Part shown: positions 1 to 9,859 of the stretch, piece by piece | How the letters are laid out: each line of letters begins with the position of its first letter | Position numbering within the stretch: the stretch's first letter is position 1 | Position numbers and translations under genes: made by a program | The notes under the pieces: model-generated | Told to the model about the DNA's origin: nothing | Database searches by the model: none | What the model saw: only the letters and a program-made list of their open reading frames with translations | Assembly (NCBI GenBank): GCA_977020255.1 | Contig: CDROCS010005499.1 | Span: 1 to 64,000, forward strand | DNA: 64,000 nt | DNA from: Obrimoposthia wandeli | Taxonomy: Eukaryota | Direction of reading: 5' to 3'

Positions 1-770
1 AAACATGCATTGTCGTATTTGAATATAATTTGTTCAACTCAAAATATCGATGATTAATTCATGCACAACAAATTTTCATAGTGTTATGGCAATGTCAAAT
101 CAAGCATTTTTCGTGCTTGGGTTTGATTAAACGTAGCGAGCTTGAATCACCTTCCTTTAATAGATACAGAACAACTAGTGACGCTCATCTAACTATTTGC
201 ATTCTATCACCACCAAAGAATTGTATAGTGGTTACTCAGAACTGATTGAACAATAATTGTCAGAGGCGATTACAGAGTCGTTTTCATGCTGACAAGCAGC
301 ACAGATAATGGCGATCATGAAGTTCATACGGCACACGCACTCACGTTCCCCGGCAGTGCAACCAGATCTGTTTCAGTTTTCACCCATAATTTCTACAAAA
401 ATTTCTGCAGGAATGCCGCTGAGCGAAATTCATCAAATCAATACGGTTATCATCAGGTTCATTTTGCTACACCTGAAGATAAGTAAGAATGATGAAGGGC
501 ATGTTCCAACACCGATGATTGTCTTTTTACCAACAACCGTATGTAATTTCACCTCTTTACATCTTTAATACCACAATAAGTTGTGACGCAGGCGCCCACC
601 ATTGCCAGTTGCACGTCGTTAACGCGCCTGAAACGCAAATAATCTAAGTTATTGTTTATAAATAGATTTAATATTTTTAGTTACTCTTTAATATGAATTA
701 ATACTTCGTGATGTATCGTAAATAATCACTTTAATTTATGGTTCGCTGCCTAATAATTAGGAGCTGAACC

Positions 771-1451
771 ATGCTTGCATTAAATGTTAACAAATACACA
801 CCACTACTTGCTGTTATTCTTGCAGCAACCTCTTTCAATACGAGTGCGAATTCTGATTATGATTTTATATCTGGCGGGTTCCAGTTATCATCTTTTGATG
901 AATATATTCCTACAGCCTTAGGTGAAAGTTACGACTACACGACTGGGTATTACTTGCGTGGTAGTTGGAATTTTTATAATAATTTCTTTGCTGAAGTTCG
1001 TCATGACTCTACATCTAAAGACAGCTTGTCGATAACACAGACTACTGCTGGATTAGGCTATTTTCATTCTTTCAACGACAATTTTTCATTATATGGGCTT
1101 GTCGGTGTTGATGAAATTGATGTTCAATTCGACGTCAATAAATTTGTACATCAAGCTGATATTAGTATCTCAAGCATGAATGGCTATGTTGGAGCTAAAG
1201 ACAATGCACTTACAGTGGAACTTGGTGCAAAATTCAATGTTCTAGATGCTTGGCAAATTGAACCTGCAATCAGAATAGCTGATTATGACGAAAAAATGTA
1301 TGAATTACGATTAGCAAATACTATTCGTATTACGAAAAATATAGGTCTAGAGGCAAACTTTGCTCACCGAGCATTAGGCGCGAATACATTTGGTCAAAAG
1401 CTTAATATAAGAGAGATGAATTACCAAGTGGGTATACGTTACACATTTTGA
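771..1451 (+). CDS. Outer-membrane beta-barrel protein
   Basis: N-terminal signal peptide (…NTSA-NSD), amphipathic beta-strands, C-terminal BAM-type motif YQVGIRYTF. Confidence 0.8.
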   Translation: MLALNVNKYTPLLAVILAATSFNTSANSDYDFISGGFQLSSFDEYIPTALGESYDYTTGYYLRGSWNFYNNFFAEVRHDSTSKDSLSITQTTAGLGYFHSFNDNFSLYGLVGVDEIDVQFDVNKFVHQADISISSMNGYVGAKDNALTVELGAKFNVLDAWQIEPAIRIADYDEKMYELRLANTIRITKNIGLEANFAHRALGANTFGQKLNIREMNYQVGIRYTF

Positions 1452-1616
1452 TATCGGAAACTGTTGAAAAGGTGATCTTAGTATTGCCTTCTCATTTCGT
1501 TATTCTTAATTCACATGAATTAAATGATTCAAGGCTTCTTATAAACGCTGACTCTGGTAGATTTCTTCTTGGCTCATCCTCTAATTAAATAAACGAGCCG
1601 ATAAGGAAGAAATCAA

Positions 1617-1961
1617 ATGAAAATACAATTATTAAGCCTATCACTACTCTGCTCTTCATCTGTTCTAGCCCAAGATATTACTTTAATTAACCCCTTTGAA
1701 GTACCAACGGTGCATGAAAAGGCAACCATTGAGCATTGGGAGAAAGCCCGTGATTTTCTTGAGACTCAACCTGGGTATGTTTCAACTCAACTGCATAAAT
1801 CATTACAGCCTAATAGTACTTTCTTCTTGATCAATATTGCTAAATGGGAATCTAAAGAAGATTTTCAACGTGCTATTTCAAACATGCAAAAAGTAATTCC
1901 AGCACTAGAACTTGATGGTGTGAAAAATTACCCCGCCTTGTATGAAGTCATTCGTAATTAA
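1617..1961 (+). CDS. Exported antibiotic-biosynthesis-monooxygenase (ABM) family protein
   Basis: Signal peptide (…SSVLA-QD); ABM-like core LINPFEV…QPGYVSTQLHKS…FFLINIAKWES; RBS AAGGAAG. Confidence 0.75.
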   Translation: MKIQLLSLSLLCSSSVLAQDITLINPFEVPTVHEKATIEHWEKARDFLETQPGYVSTQLHKSLQPNSTFFLINIAKWESKEDFQRAISNMQKVIPALELDGVKNYPALYEVIRN

Positions 1962-2005
1962 ACATCTCACGATTGCTGAATCATAATGTTAAAGAAGGAT
2001 ATACG

Positions 2006-2692
2006 ATGAAAGCTAAAACGATAATAAGATTAATTGCTGCCCCTTTATTACTAGTTAACGCTATGTCTGCCAATAGTGCAGCCTACGGTGTGAGTACCGA
2101 GTGGAAAACAGAAGATCCTCAGCAGATATTTGAGACGATGACTGCACAAAAAAGTGCTTTTTCTCAGCTAATAGATGCCGGTATTATTCACGATGTATTT
2201 GTTCGTAAAAGTGTTGTCGGTGATAAAGAGTTCCCTATGATTCGTTTCGTTATTGAAGCTGATAATGAAGAGTCGGTAAAGAATATCATTAGTCAACTTC
2301 CCTTTTCTAAAAAAGGCTTAGTCACAATTGTCGATGCAAAAGATCTTGGGAACAAGTGGCTAAATACAGAATTAGTTCAAGAAAACTATTCGATTGAATT
2401 AGAGTGGACAGATGCACATTCTCCCTATGTTGTTGACCAAATTTTAGGTAAAGATTTACAGCAAGTTGTTGACTGGAATACCAGCGGTAAAGTGACATCT
2501 TCTTATCTGAATATTCAAACAATAGAGGATGAAAATTCTGCCAACAATAAAAAGTTAAGACCTATTTACTCTATTGCGGTATTAGCGAAAGATGAGAAAA
2601 CAGCAAAAGAGATGGCCATGAATCTTGAAGCTGTAAAATCTGGTTTAGCGACTGTAAAGATAATGCACCTAGGCTTCAAAATGAACTTATAA
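2006..2692 (+). CDS. Exported protein with two muconolactone-isomerase-like (dimeric alpha+beta barrel) repeats
   Basis: ATG at 2006 after AAGGA RBS; signal peptide; two similar halves (…FVIEADNEESVKNIISQLPF… and …IAVLAKDEKTAKEMAMNLEA…) resembling the MIase fold. Confidence 0.55.
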   Translation: MKAKTIIRLIAAPLLLVNAMSANSAAYGVSTEWKTEDPQQIFETMTAQKSAFSQLIDAGIIHDVFVRKSVVGDKEFPMIRFVIEADNEESVKNIISQLPFSKKGLVTIVDAKDLGNKWLNTELVQENYSIELEWTDAHSPYVVDQILGKDLQQVVDWNTSGKVTSSYLNIQTIEDENSANNKKLRPIYSIAVLAKDEKTAKEMAMNLEAVKSGLATVKIMHLGFKMNL

Positions 2693-2793
2693 CACTGTAT
2701 TGATTGTTATAATACCAATAAGTTAAAATCACATTGCTTTCAGGTTTGTTCATTCAAACCTGTTTTTTTATACCTGTCGATGAGTTAAAAACA

Positions 2794-3561
2794 ATGTTCA
2801 ATGAACAACCTTTGGCCACATGTTCTACAATCGGTAATTATTATATTGATACTTTGACTCAAACTGTTACTCGTACAACCGATCAACAATCGATTAAATT
2901 ATCAAAGTCTGAAGTGCTTATTGTTTCATTATTAGCTTCTAATCATGGTGTTACAATTTGTAGAGAGCATTTACTTAAGTGTTGTTGGCCAGGGAAAGTC
3001 GTTACACATAGCTCTTTAACTGTTGCGATTAAAAATATACGTAATGCATTTTCGCTAATCGGCGAAAGTAATATTATTGTTACCGAACCCAAAAAAGGCT
3101 ATTCCATTCGTGTGCAAGAAATTGATTCGCCATTACATGCACCTAAGGGTTACTTAGAAAACAATGGTTCTTCTACGCTTGAAACGATATTACCACTGAA
3201 CATTGAACAAACAGCCCACTTTACAGTACATGAAAAAACAAACGTAAAATCAACGACTCTTCTTTTTGTTAAAAACCATTTTGTTTCCGTTGTTTTTTTT
3301 CTACTCACGTTAGTTGTTTTCAGTAAGTATTTTTTGTTTATCGAGCATACCAGCATGAATGGGATAAGTACTTTATACGATGGTGTAGATATTCCAGAAC
3401 GCATATCGTTATCTGTTAATAGTATTCCCAACGATATGTCCGAATTGATTGTGTATCCACTTGGTGGTCTTTGCTCATCTTTTCAAATTATCGGTTTCAA
3501 TGATGTAAGTATTGTCGATTTTACAGCAAAGATAGAACAAGGTGATTGCAACAATGAGTAA
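2794..3561 (+). CDS. ToxR/CadC-like membrane-anchored winged-helix transcriptional regulator
   Basis: Trans_reg_C-type wHTH (LSKSEVLIVSLL…CWPGKVVTHSSLTVAIKNIR…TEPKKGY), one TM helix, about 70-aa periplasmic tail with two Cys, one near the C-terminus. Confidence 0.85.
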   Translation: MFNEQPLATCSTIGNYYIDTLTQTVTRTTDQQSIKLSKSEVLIVSLLASNHGVTICREHLLKCCWPGKVVTHSSLTVAIKNIRNAFSLIGESNIIVTEPKKGYSIRVQEIDSPLHAPKGYLENNGSSTLETILPLNIEQTAHFTVHEKTNVKSTTLLFVKNHFVSVVFFLLTLVVFSKYFLFIEHTSMNGISTLYDGVDIPERISLSVNSIPNDMSELIVYPLGGLCSSFQIIGFNDVSIVDFTAKIEQGDCNNE

Positions 3562-4000
3562 ATTAGTTGGAAAAATAATAACGGGAGTTGTACTTGCCCT
3601 ATTGTTCATTGTTTTGTTCGGTTCAGCATCAGCCTTATTAACGAAGACTTCATACCGTTTTTCTAGTCAATATGATGACTATGGAAAAGAAACGCTTAAG
3701 ATTACTTATAATCGCGGGCGTATGAAAATGCAATTTATCGGTAAAGACACGAAAGACGCTATCGTTATATCGAAGCAGTTTTTTGGTTTTTTCCTGCGTT
3801 TTGGTTCACATTACTATTTATATGCAACGGAACAAGACGGTGCAGAGAAACATCAAAGTTTTACTGTCCGTAGTTACTATATAAAGAATGTAAATAAGAA
3901 CGATGCTTTTTTGATTTCAGATCAGAGAGGCGTTTTTGTCGCTAAAAATGGAACGTTAATTCATCTGAATAGTGTTCTTATTGGTACAAGTGGCTCATAA
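3554..4000 (+). CDS. ToxS/VtrC-like periplasmic partner (single N-terminal TM, beta-rich)
   Basis: ATG at 3554 overlaps the regulator stop by 8 nt; N-terminal hydrophobic anchor followed by short beta-strand-like segments. Confidence 0.6.
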   Translation: MSKLVGKIITGVVLALLFIVLFGSASALLTKTSYRFSSQYDDYGKETLKITYNRGRMKMQFIGKDTKDAIVISKQFFGFFLRFGSHYYLYATEQDGAEKHQSFTVRSYYIKNVNKNDAFLISDQRGVFVAKNGTLIHLNSVLIGTSGS

Positions 4001-4007
4001 ATTAATT

Positions 4008-4020
4008 GTTACAGCGTCAC
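4008..4020. promoter_or_regulatory. matS-like site (1 mismatch)
   Basis: GTTACAGCGTCAC versus consensus GTGACRNYGTCAC. Confidence 0.5.
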
Positions 4021-4171
4021 TATTGTAACAAACTTCTTCTTTGTTATGTATCGGTAAATTTATGGTTATTCATAACGGAGGTTTTTAATGATGTAACAGT
4101 ATAAAGTTATAGTGCATTAGGCTTTGTGTTTTTATACATTAACGGCAAACTTTTATTGGCGATCATTCAGC

Positions 4172-4184
4172 GTGACAGCGTCAC
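4172..4184. promoter_or_regulatory. matS site
   Basis: GTGACAGCGTCAC, perfect match to GTGACRNYGTCAC. Confidence 0.8.
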
Positions 4185-4226
4185 TATCGTGCCGGCTCTA
4201 TTTAATTGAATCTGTTAATACAGCAA

Positions 4227-4949
4227 TTAAGCTTTAAATGACAACCGAGAGCCATCAAAAATTAGCTGCGCTAATAACTGTTTAGTTATATCTTGTCCGT
4301 TGTTATCGAATAAAACACCACAGTTATTTGAACCACCCATTTTTTGCGCACTGCGTACGACTCCGGTAAGGTGGTAATTCTGCCCTGTTACGGGGTGTTT
4401 CACAATAATGGTTATTTGATTATCGATATCAAATGAAGGGCCATTCGCACCGTAAAAGAAACAGCACCCTTTTGATGATAAATCTTTAAATTCCACCAGC
4501 AAAAGGCGATTGGAGACTGAGACGTGACCTTGTAACTTCACTTCATAACGCGCCTCGCTACGAAGCTGTGTTAACCCCATCATTTGTGGAATTCTGAGCG
4601 TGATCATTCGCTCGGGTTTTTGGATAATATTATCTATTTGAGTTTTGAAGCGGACTATCGCCCCTTCGCCGCGATCGGAAATTGCCTTAATCGATACCCA
4701 GTACCCCTCACAAAAATAATCATCTAAATCATGTGGGCTGACTTCAGGTAAAGCCAAAATAAAATAATCGGTACCATTAGATCCAATGAATGTCGTTTCG
4801 CATTGAAACAAGCGTCCTAGCGGGGTTTTAATACTGATCGTAATACTACTACCATGGTTAATCATACATATACCGCGTATACCAGGCACTGATTCTTCAC
4901 TACGTTTAGATAAAAGCCGCTCTCTTAGCGCATTTCCATTTACATTCAA
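4227..4949 (-). CDS. PilZ-domain c-di-GMP receptor (YcgR/flagellar-brake-like)
   Basis: RxxxR (LRSEARY) and DxSxxG (DLSSKG) motifs after an N-terminal domain. Confidence 0.85.
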   Translation of the reverse strand: MNVNGNALRERLLSKRSEESVPGIRGICMINHGSSITISIKTPLGRLFQCETTFIGSNGTDYFILALPEVSPHDLDDYFCEGYWVSIKAISDRGEGAIVRFKTQIDNIIQKPERMITLRIPQMMGLTQLRSEARYEVKLQGHVSVSNRLLLVEFKDLSSKGCCFFYGANGPSFDIDNQITIIVKHPVTGQNYHLTGVVRSAQKMGGSNNCGVLFDNNGQDITKQLLAQLIFDGSRLSFKA

Positions 4950-5254
4950 AAGACAATCCTATCGCTTTCGACTATTTATAATCATCATTATATTTGTAAG
5001 CTATCAGAGTGTAGTGATGTGGCTTTGATTATCAAGCAGAGAGTGACCATATAAAGAAAAAAGTATTGATTGGCCTCGTGAAATCTAACCGAAATATTCA
5101 TTATTGGTATATCTATAGGGTTTCTAAAATACATTCATCTTAAATAATGCAATCAAAAGTACATATTCCTGATTATTCGACCCGAGAGGAATGCAATCAT
5201 TTTAAGTAATAAACATAATAATAAGGTAAAATGCTCCCTTAACAAGGAGTATTC

Positions 5255-5500
5255 ATGGCTATTACGATTCGCGACCTCGATCCGCATTATTATATGATCG
5301 AAGATTTAAAAAAATTAACTAAAAGTAACGTTACAACAAAAGCACTTATACAAGGCGGTTACCTTGCCGTTGATCTTGGCAAGCAGCTTGAGGCTGAAGT
5401 GGAATTACGGATAAAAGCAGAAGATGAATTGAAACAATTAAAAGAGAAATTAGCCAACTATATTGAAAGCCAACGAGCGCTTTTAGGAGCCATTAACTAA
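5255..5500 (+). CDS. Small hypothetical protein, possible ribbon-helix-helix plus coiled coil
   Basis: Strong RBS AAGGAG; N-terminal MAITIRDL strand then helices; heptad-like C-terminus. Confidence 0.6.
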   Translation: MAITIRDLDPHYYMIEDLKKLTKSNVTTKALIQGGYLAVDLGKQLEAEVELRIKAEDELKQLKEKLANYIESQRALLGAIN

Positions 5501-5588
5501 CCCGTTTTCCTTTTTATATTTCACACGGGTGTTATACCAATCTAAACAAGTATCTAATCATTTACTTATCCAGAATGGTATTACTATT

Positions 5589-5634
5589 TGGGTTTCTACT
5601 TTGAATGATTAACCAATCAAAGCATAGAAACCCA
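5589..5634. terminator. Long hairpin between convergent genes
   Basis: TGGGTTTCTA-CTTTGA…TCAAAG-CA-TAGAAACCCA. Confidence 0.6.
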
Positions 5635-5667
5635 CTTTTAGGTGGTTCAGTCTCTATACCTACTCCA

Positions 5668-6063
5668 TTAATTATCAACCACCAGCTCATCAAAACCCGT
5701 TGCTGCATCGAATTCACGAGAAAAGTGTTGCTCAGTAAAACTGAATAAACAAACCTCAGCAGTATAAGACACGATACTTCCCTCTATTAAATGACCACCA
5801 AATACCCTGCCTTCTTTATCTGCAACAGAAATATGAAGATGAACATGATCAGCGGTTAATGTGCCAGAAAGCGTTAGGATCTCTAAAGGCCCATCAAGCG
5901 TTAATGATTTAGACTCATCAGCAAGGCGTATACGCGCTGTCGTTAAACATCCCGCACAAGATAACAGTGAGCCTGCCTTAATGCTGCTTGCCTTCACATA
6001 GGCTAGAACAGAGGCTTTTAAGTCGGCACCTTGAGTTAATCGAAAGGCATGAGGTTGAATCAT
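5668..6063 (-). CDS. PPC/DUF296 domain protein
   Basis: GPLEILTLSGT and HLHISVAD…VFGGHL motifs. Confidence 0.85.
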   Translation of the reverse strand: MIQPHAFRLTQGADLKASVLAYVKASSIKAGSLLSCAGCLTTARIRLADESKSLTLDGPLEILTLSGTLTADHVHLHISVADKEGRVFGGHLIEGSIVSYTAEVCLFSFTEQHFSREFDAATGFDELVVDN

Positions 6064-6149
6064 AATATAAGCATTTCCATATTAAGCGGATACAAAAACG
6101 GCCTCATTAGAAGCCGTTGTCAGGTAACTTTATTTTTAAACGGTAAAGA

Positions 6150-6455
6150 TTAGGCGCGTCGGCCTTGTTTCTTATTCGTACCAGTATGCGGAAACACATT
6201 ATGTATACGTTGCTTTACCTTACTTGGCACGGTCTTAGAAAAGGTGAGCTTTGTTGTAAAGCGATTTTTGTAGACTTTAATTTGACCAGAGAACGGCTGC
6301 TTATGCGCTATCTCTTTACAACCGATCAAAAAACCATGGGGAATTTCCCCTTTTGAATGCGTCAGTTCACCGTCTTTGAATTTCATCGTCATTACAGGAC
6401 GGTCTTTAAAAACAAGAAAAATGACGGCAACGGCAAGTATGATGACATATTCCAT
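6150..6455 (-). CDS. DUF3634 family protein
   Basis: N-terminal TM, FSKTVPSKVKQRIHNVFP motif; usual position downstream of matP in Vibrionaceae. Confidence 0.75.
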   Translation of the reverse strand: MEYVIILAVAVIFLVFKDRPVMTMKFKDGELTHSKGEIPHGFLIGCKEIAHKQPFSGQIKVYKNRFTTKLTFSKTVPSKVKQRIHNVFPHTGTNKKQGRRA

Positions 6456-6549
6456 TCAATGATTCCTTCTTGTACGTTTAATGATAAGCCTATATCAAAT
6501 TGAACATTTTACTGTAACGAATCTAGTATTTACTGCAAATAGTTGATTC

Positions 6550-6996
6550 TCAATCTAATAGGTCTGATAAATCTTTACGGATGTCTGAAACCGTCTTAGT
6601 GACAGTTTCTGTGCGATTGCTCTCACTCAACAAGTATTCAATCGTATCTGATAGCGTAGAACCCAGTTCTTGTGACTTCTCTGCTAACTTTTCCCACACG
6701 CGATAGTCAAGATCGATCGATTTTTTACGCGTATGTACCTGCTCTGCATTAAAGTGACGCTTACGCTTAGCTCGAATCGCTTGTTTCAGCTTATTTTCAA
6801 GCGCAGCAGACATATGCTTACCAATCCACTCAATTACCTTGGTAGGTTCATGTTCTATGGTTAGTAACGATTGAATAGCAGCGTCGGCTTCACTCGAATC
6901 GATATGACATGTAATTGCCTCTCCTTCTTTCCATTTTTTAACTAGGTAAGTCCATTTCCAACCGGCTTCGAGGTTTTCAAGTTGCTGATATTTCAT
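6550..6996 (-). CDS. matP: Macrodomain Ter protein MatP
   Basis: MKYQQLENLEAGWKWTYL…QAIRAKRKRHFNAE…KKSIDLDYRVW. Confidence 0.97.
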   Translation of the reverse strand: MKYQQLENLEAGWKWTYLVKKWKEGEAITCHIDSSEADAAIQSLLTIEHEPTKVIEWIGKHMSAALENKLKQAIRAKRKRHFNAEQVHTRKKSIDLDYRVWEKLAEKSQELGSTLSDTIEYLLSESNRTETVTKTVSDIRKDLSDLLD

Positions 6997-7031
6997 AAAC
7001 GGTGATAATTCTCAAAAGTTCATAACAAACA

Positions 7032-7044
7032 GTGACAGTGTAAC
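7032..7044. promoter_or_regulatory. matS-like site upstream of matP
   Basis: GTGACAGTGTAAC (1 mismatch), 36 bp upstream of the matP start. Confidence 0.6.
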
Positions 7045-7190
7045 TGCTTCTAGATAAAAGCTCAATTACATCACGATATTAACTGTTTGTTTTCTCTCAA
7101 ACTCAATATCCTGCATATCTAACTATTATGAGGGCATTGATTCCTTTATACTGCAGTCCTTTTCACAGTAACGAAAGAAAGCACAAGTCT

Positions 7191-8939
7191 ATGCATGAAG
7201 AATCCTGGCGCACAATGATCCCAGATTACTCGAAGTACCAAACAATCATGGAAGATTATGAGAATCTTCAGCCTGCCCCTGTAGGTACTTTGCAAGACCG
7301 TCTTAGTGACGCCGTTCGCCGCTTCACCGCTATTGAACTGCAACCTCGTGTTCTTCGTATTACTGCGCCTGACAATAAAGTCTATCGCGATTACGTGATT
7401 GAACTGCTCGCTAAATATGACGCAGAGAACAAGAAAACAAAATCACAACAGGTTGATTCTGAGGAGCAAATCAATAACAAAAATCAGAATGCTGAATCGA
7501 CTGTTATTATTGCTGGCGAAAATGTGACTGAACTGAGCCTTTTTGGCGCGGTTTATCCCCCCACTGAAGATGGGAAAATTTCGAAAGTGCAGGTTAAGCA
7601 TGGTCTGGTTCATCAAGCGAACAATGGCTACCTTGTACTTTCTGTTACGAGTATTTTAAGTAACCCTTCATTATGGCCGCGATTGAAAAGCGTCTTAATG
7701 AATGGCGAGCTGGAATGGCAAGCAGCCTCTCATAAAACACTTTACCCGCTTCCTGTGCCTGAAAAGCTCAATGTAAAGCTTGTTGTGATGGGCGATCGCT
7801 ATTTAATGGGTGAATTTGATAATGGTGAGCCAGATTTCACATCTGGCTTTTCAATGTACTGTGAATTTGAGCAAGACTTACTTATTTCAGAGCAAAGTCT
7901 TCCTGACTATCTTGCTTATGTGAAAGCCATTATTAACAAAGCAGGTTTACCTGATCTTGCCGATGCAGACGCTATTAATGTGTTATTAGCAACGGGCGCT
8001 CGTCATGCAGAAGATCAAACGCGTGTTCCGCTTTGTCCTATTTGGCATCAAGGGTTAATATCTGAAGCTGCAATCGATGCTGACGGACACACAATTACAG
8101 CTGATAATTTAAAATCTTCGATAGCAGCACGTCATTACCGTGAATCGTACTTACCTGAGCGCGCTATTGAAGATATTCATCACGGTCAAGTGGTTATTGA
8201 TTGTAAAGGCGAGCAAATTGGTCAGGTTAATGCGTTAACCGTTATCGACGTACAAGGTCACCCTGTCTCTTACGGGGAACCCGCACGTATCTCTTGTGTT
8301 GTACACTTTGGTGATGGTGATATCTCTGATGTTGAGCGTAAAGCTGAGCTTGGTGGTAATATTCACGCTAAAGGCATGATGATAATGCAGGCATTTGTGA
8401 GTGCCGCGCTAAACTTAGATCAAGCGTTACCCTTCTCTGCCTCTATTGTATTTGAACAGTCTTACTGTGAAGTCGATGGCGACAGTGCGTCGTTAGCTGA
8501 ACTATGCACACTTGTTTCAGCATTAGCGATGCAGCCAATCAATCAACAAGTTGCCATTACAGGTGCAGTAGACCAATTTGGTCGTATACAAGCGGTAGGC
8601 GGTATTAACGAGAAAATTGAAGGCTTCTATAAGGTATGTCATCACCGCGGCCTAACCGGCACTCAGGGTGTCATATTGCCTAAAACAAACTTAAGTCACT
8701 TATGCTTAAATGACGATGTTCTCGAAGCAATAAAATCGGGACAATTCCATATTTGGGCTGTTGAAAACGTCGATGAAGCTGTTCCTTTAATTATGGGAAA
8801 AGCATTAAGAGGCGAAGAAGACGACAATGATACAATTCTTGCGAGAATTGCAATGCGAATAGATGCTTTCCATCATGATGATGAACATAATGATGTCAGT
8901 TGGTTATCTATAATTCGCAGCTGGTTTGTCCAGCACTGA
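7191..8939 (+). CDS. Lon-like protease (YcbZ family, S16 C-terminal domain)
   Basis: VDGDSAS catalytic Ser motif, GGINEKIEG Lys motif; lies between matP and fabA. Start codon uncertain (7128, 7191 or 7215). Confidence 0.9.
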   Translation: MHEESWRTMIPDYSKYQTIMEDYENLQPAPVGTLQDRLSDAVRRFTAIELQPRVLRITAPDNKVYRDYVIELLAKYDAENKKTKSQQVDSEEQINNKNQNAESTVIIAGENVTELSLFGAVYPPTEDGKISKVQVKHGLVHQANNGYLVLSVTSILSNPSLWPRLKSVLMNGELEWQAASHKTLYPLPVPEKLNVKLVVMGDRYLMGEFDNGEPDFTSGFSMYCEFEQDLLISEQSLPDYLAYVKAIINKAGLPDLADADAINVLLATGARHAEDQTRVPLCPIWHQGLISEAAIDADGHTITADNLKSSIAARHYRESYLPERAIEDIHHGQVVIDCKGEQIGQVNALTVIDVQGHPVSYGEPARISCVVHFGDGDISDVERKAELGGNIHAKGMMIMQAFVSAALNLDQALPFSASIVFEQSYCEVDGDSASLAELCTLVSALAMQPINQQVAITGAVDQFGRIQAVGGINEKIEGFYKVCHHRGLTGTQGVILPKTNLSHLCLNDDVLEAIKSGQFHIWAVENVDEAVPLIMGKALRGEEDDNDTILARIAMRIDAFHHDDEHNDVSWLSIIRSWFVQH

Positions 8940-8950
8940 TCCGAGTTGTT
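8934..8950. promoter_or_regulatory. FadR operator of fabA
   Basis: CACTGATCCGAGTTGTT resembles the E. coli fabA FadR site (AACTGATCGGACTTGTT, recalled) and abuts the FabR site. Confidence 0.65.
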
Positions 8951-8970
8951 TAGCGTACACGTGTACGCTA
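8951..8970. promoter_or_regulatory. FabR operator of fabA
   Basis: Perfect palindrome TAGCGTACACGTGTACGCTA matching the FabR consensus. Confidence 0.85.
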
Positions 8971-9007
8971 AATTACTCTCATACTTTCTTGGAGCAGTTA
9001 GAATCTG

Positions 9008-9523
9008 ATGAAACGCCAACAATCTTTTGAATACGATGAATTAGTAGCATGTGGTAAAGGTGAACTTTATGGTCCAGCTTTCCCTTCTTTACCTTCCGAC
9101 AATATGCTGATGATCGATCGCGTAATTGAAATTTCAAGCGAAGGTGGCGAGCACGGTAAAGGTTTCATTCATGCGGAACTAGACATTAACCCTGACCTAT
9201 GGTTTTTTGATTGTCACTTTAAAGGTGACCCTGTAATGCCTGGTTGTCTTGGCTTAGATGCAATGTGGCAACTCGTTGGCTTCTTCCTTGGCTGGCAAGG
9301 TGGTGAAGGCAAGGGTCGTGCTCTTGGTGTAGGTGAAGTTAAATTCACTGGTCAAATTCTACCAACAGCAAAGAAAGTGACGTACGATATTCAGCTTAAA
9401 CGTGTTATTAACCGTAAGCTTATCATGGGCGTTGCAGACGGCCGTGTATTAGTAGACGGTAAAGAAATCTACGTTGCTAAAGATTTAAAAGTAGGTCTCT
9501 TCTCTGACACTACAAACTTCTAA
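9008..9523 (+). CDS. fabA: 3-hydroxyacyl-ACP dehydratase/isomerase FabA
   Basis: [24 protein letters not shown] catalytic motif. Confidence 0.98.
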   Translation: MKRQQSFEYDELVACGKGELYGPAFPSLPSDNMLMIDRVIEISSEGGEHGKGFIHAELDINPDLWFFDCHFKGDPVMPGCLGLDAMWQLVGFFLGWQGGEGKGRALGVGEVKFTGQILPTAKKVTYDIQLKRVINRKLIMGVADGRVLVDGKEIYVAKDLKVGLFSDTTNF

Positions 9524-9553
9524 GTCATCCCCTTTGGGCTCACTTATAAGTAC

Positions 9554-9582
9554 AAAAAAGGCTGCTATTATGCGGCCTTTTT
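9554..9582 (+). terminator. Rho-independent terminator after fabA
   Basis: AAAAAAGGCTGC-tattat-GCGGCCTTTTT. Confidence 0.8.
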
Positions 9583-9650
9583 ACTATCTGTTATTTATCT
9601 GTCTGTTATTTAGTTAACACCAAATTCAGTTACCCCGTAACTACTAATAT

Positions 9651-9699
9651 ACTAGATACTAGATACTAGATACTAGATACTAGATACTAGATACTAGAT
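9651..9699. repeat. Heptanucleotide tandem repeat (ACTAGAT)x7
   Basis: Seven perfect units counted directly. Confidence 0.97.
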
Positions 9700-9807
9700 T
9701 TTTTAGTATAACTGCCCCGTCGTCTAACACACATTATTATACAATAACCAATCTAATCTATTGATTTTTAAGCCATACATGTTGGTATTGAGTAAATGGA
9801 AGGTAAT

Positions 9808-9832
9808 AAAAAGCCCCTTCTCCTATGGGGCT
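9808..9832 (-). terminator. Terminator after rmf
   Basis: AGCCCC…GGGGCT stem with a U-tract on the minus strand. Confidence 0.7.
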
Positions 9833-9859
9833 AAATAAGGGTTCTTTCTATGAGGGATA

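Noticed and set aside
286-568. Two overlapping short ORFs (286-486, 308-568)
   Set aside because: No RBS or recognisable motif; possibly a decayed gene, but not assignable.
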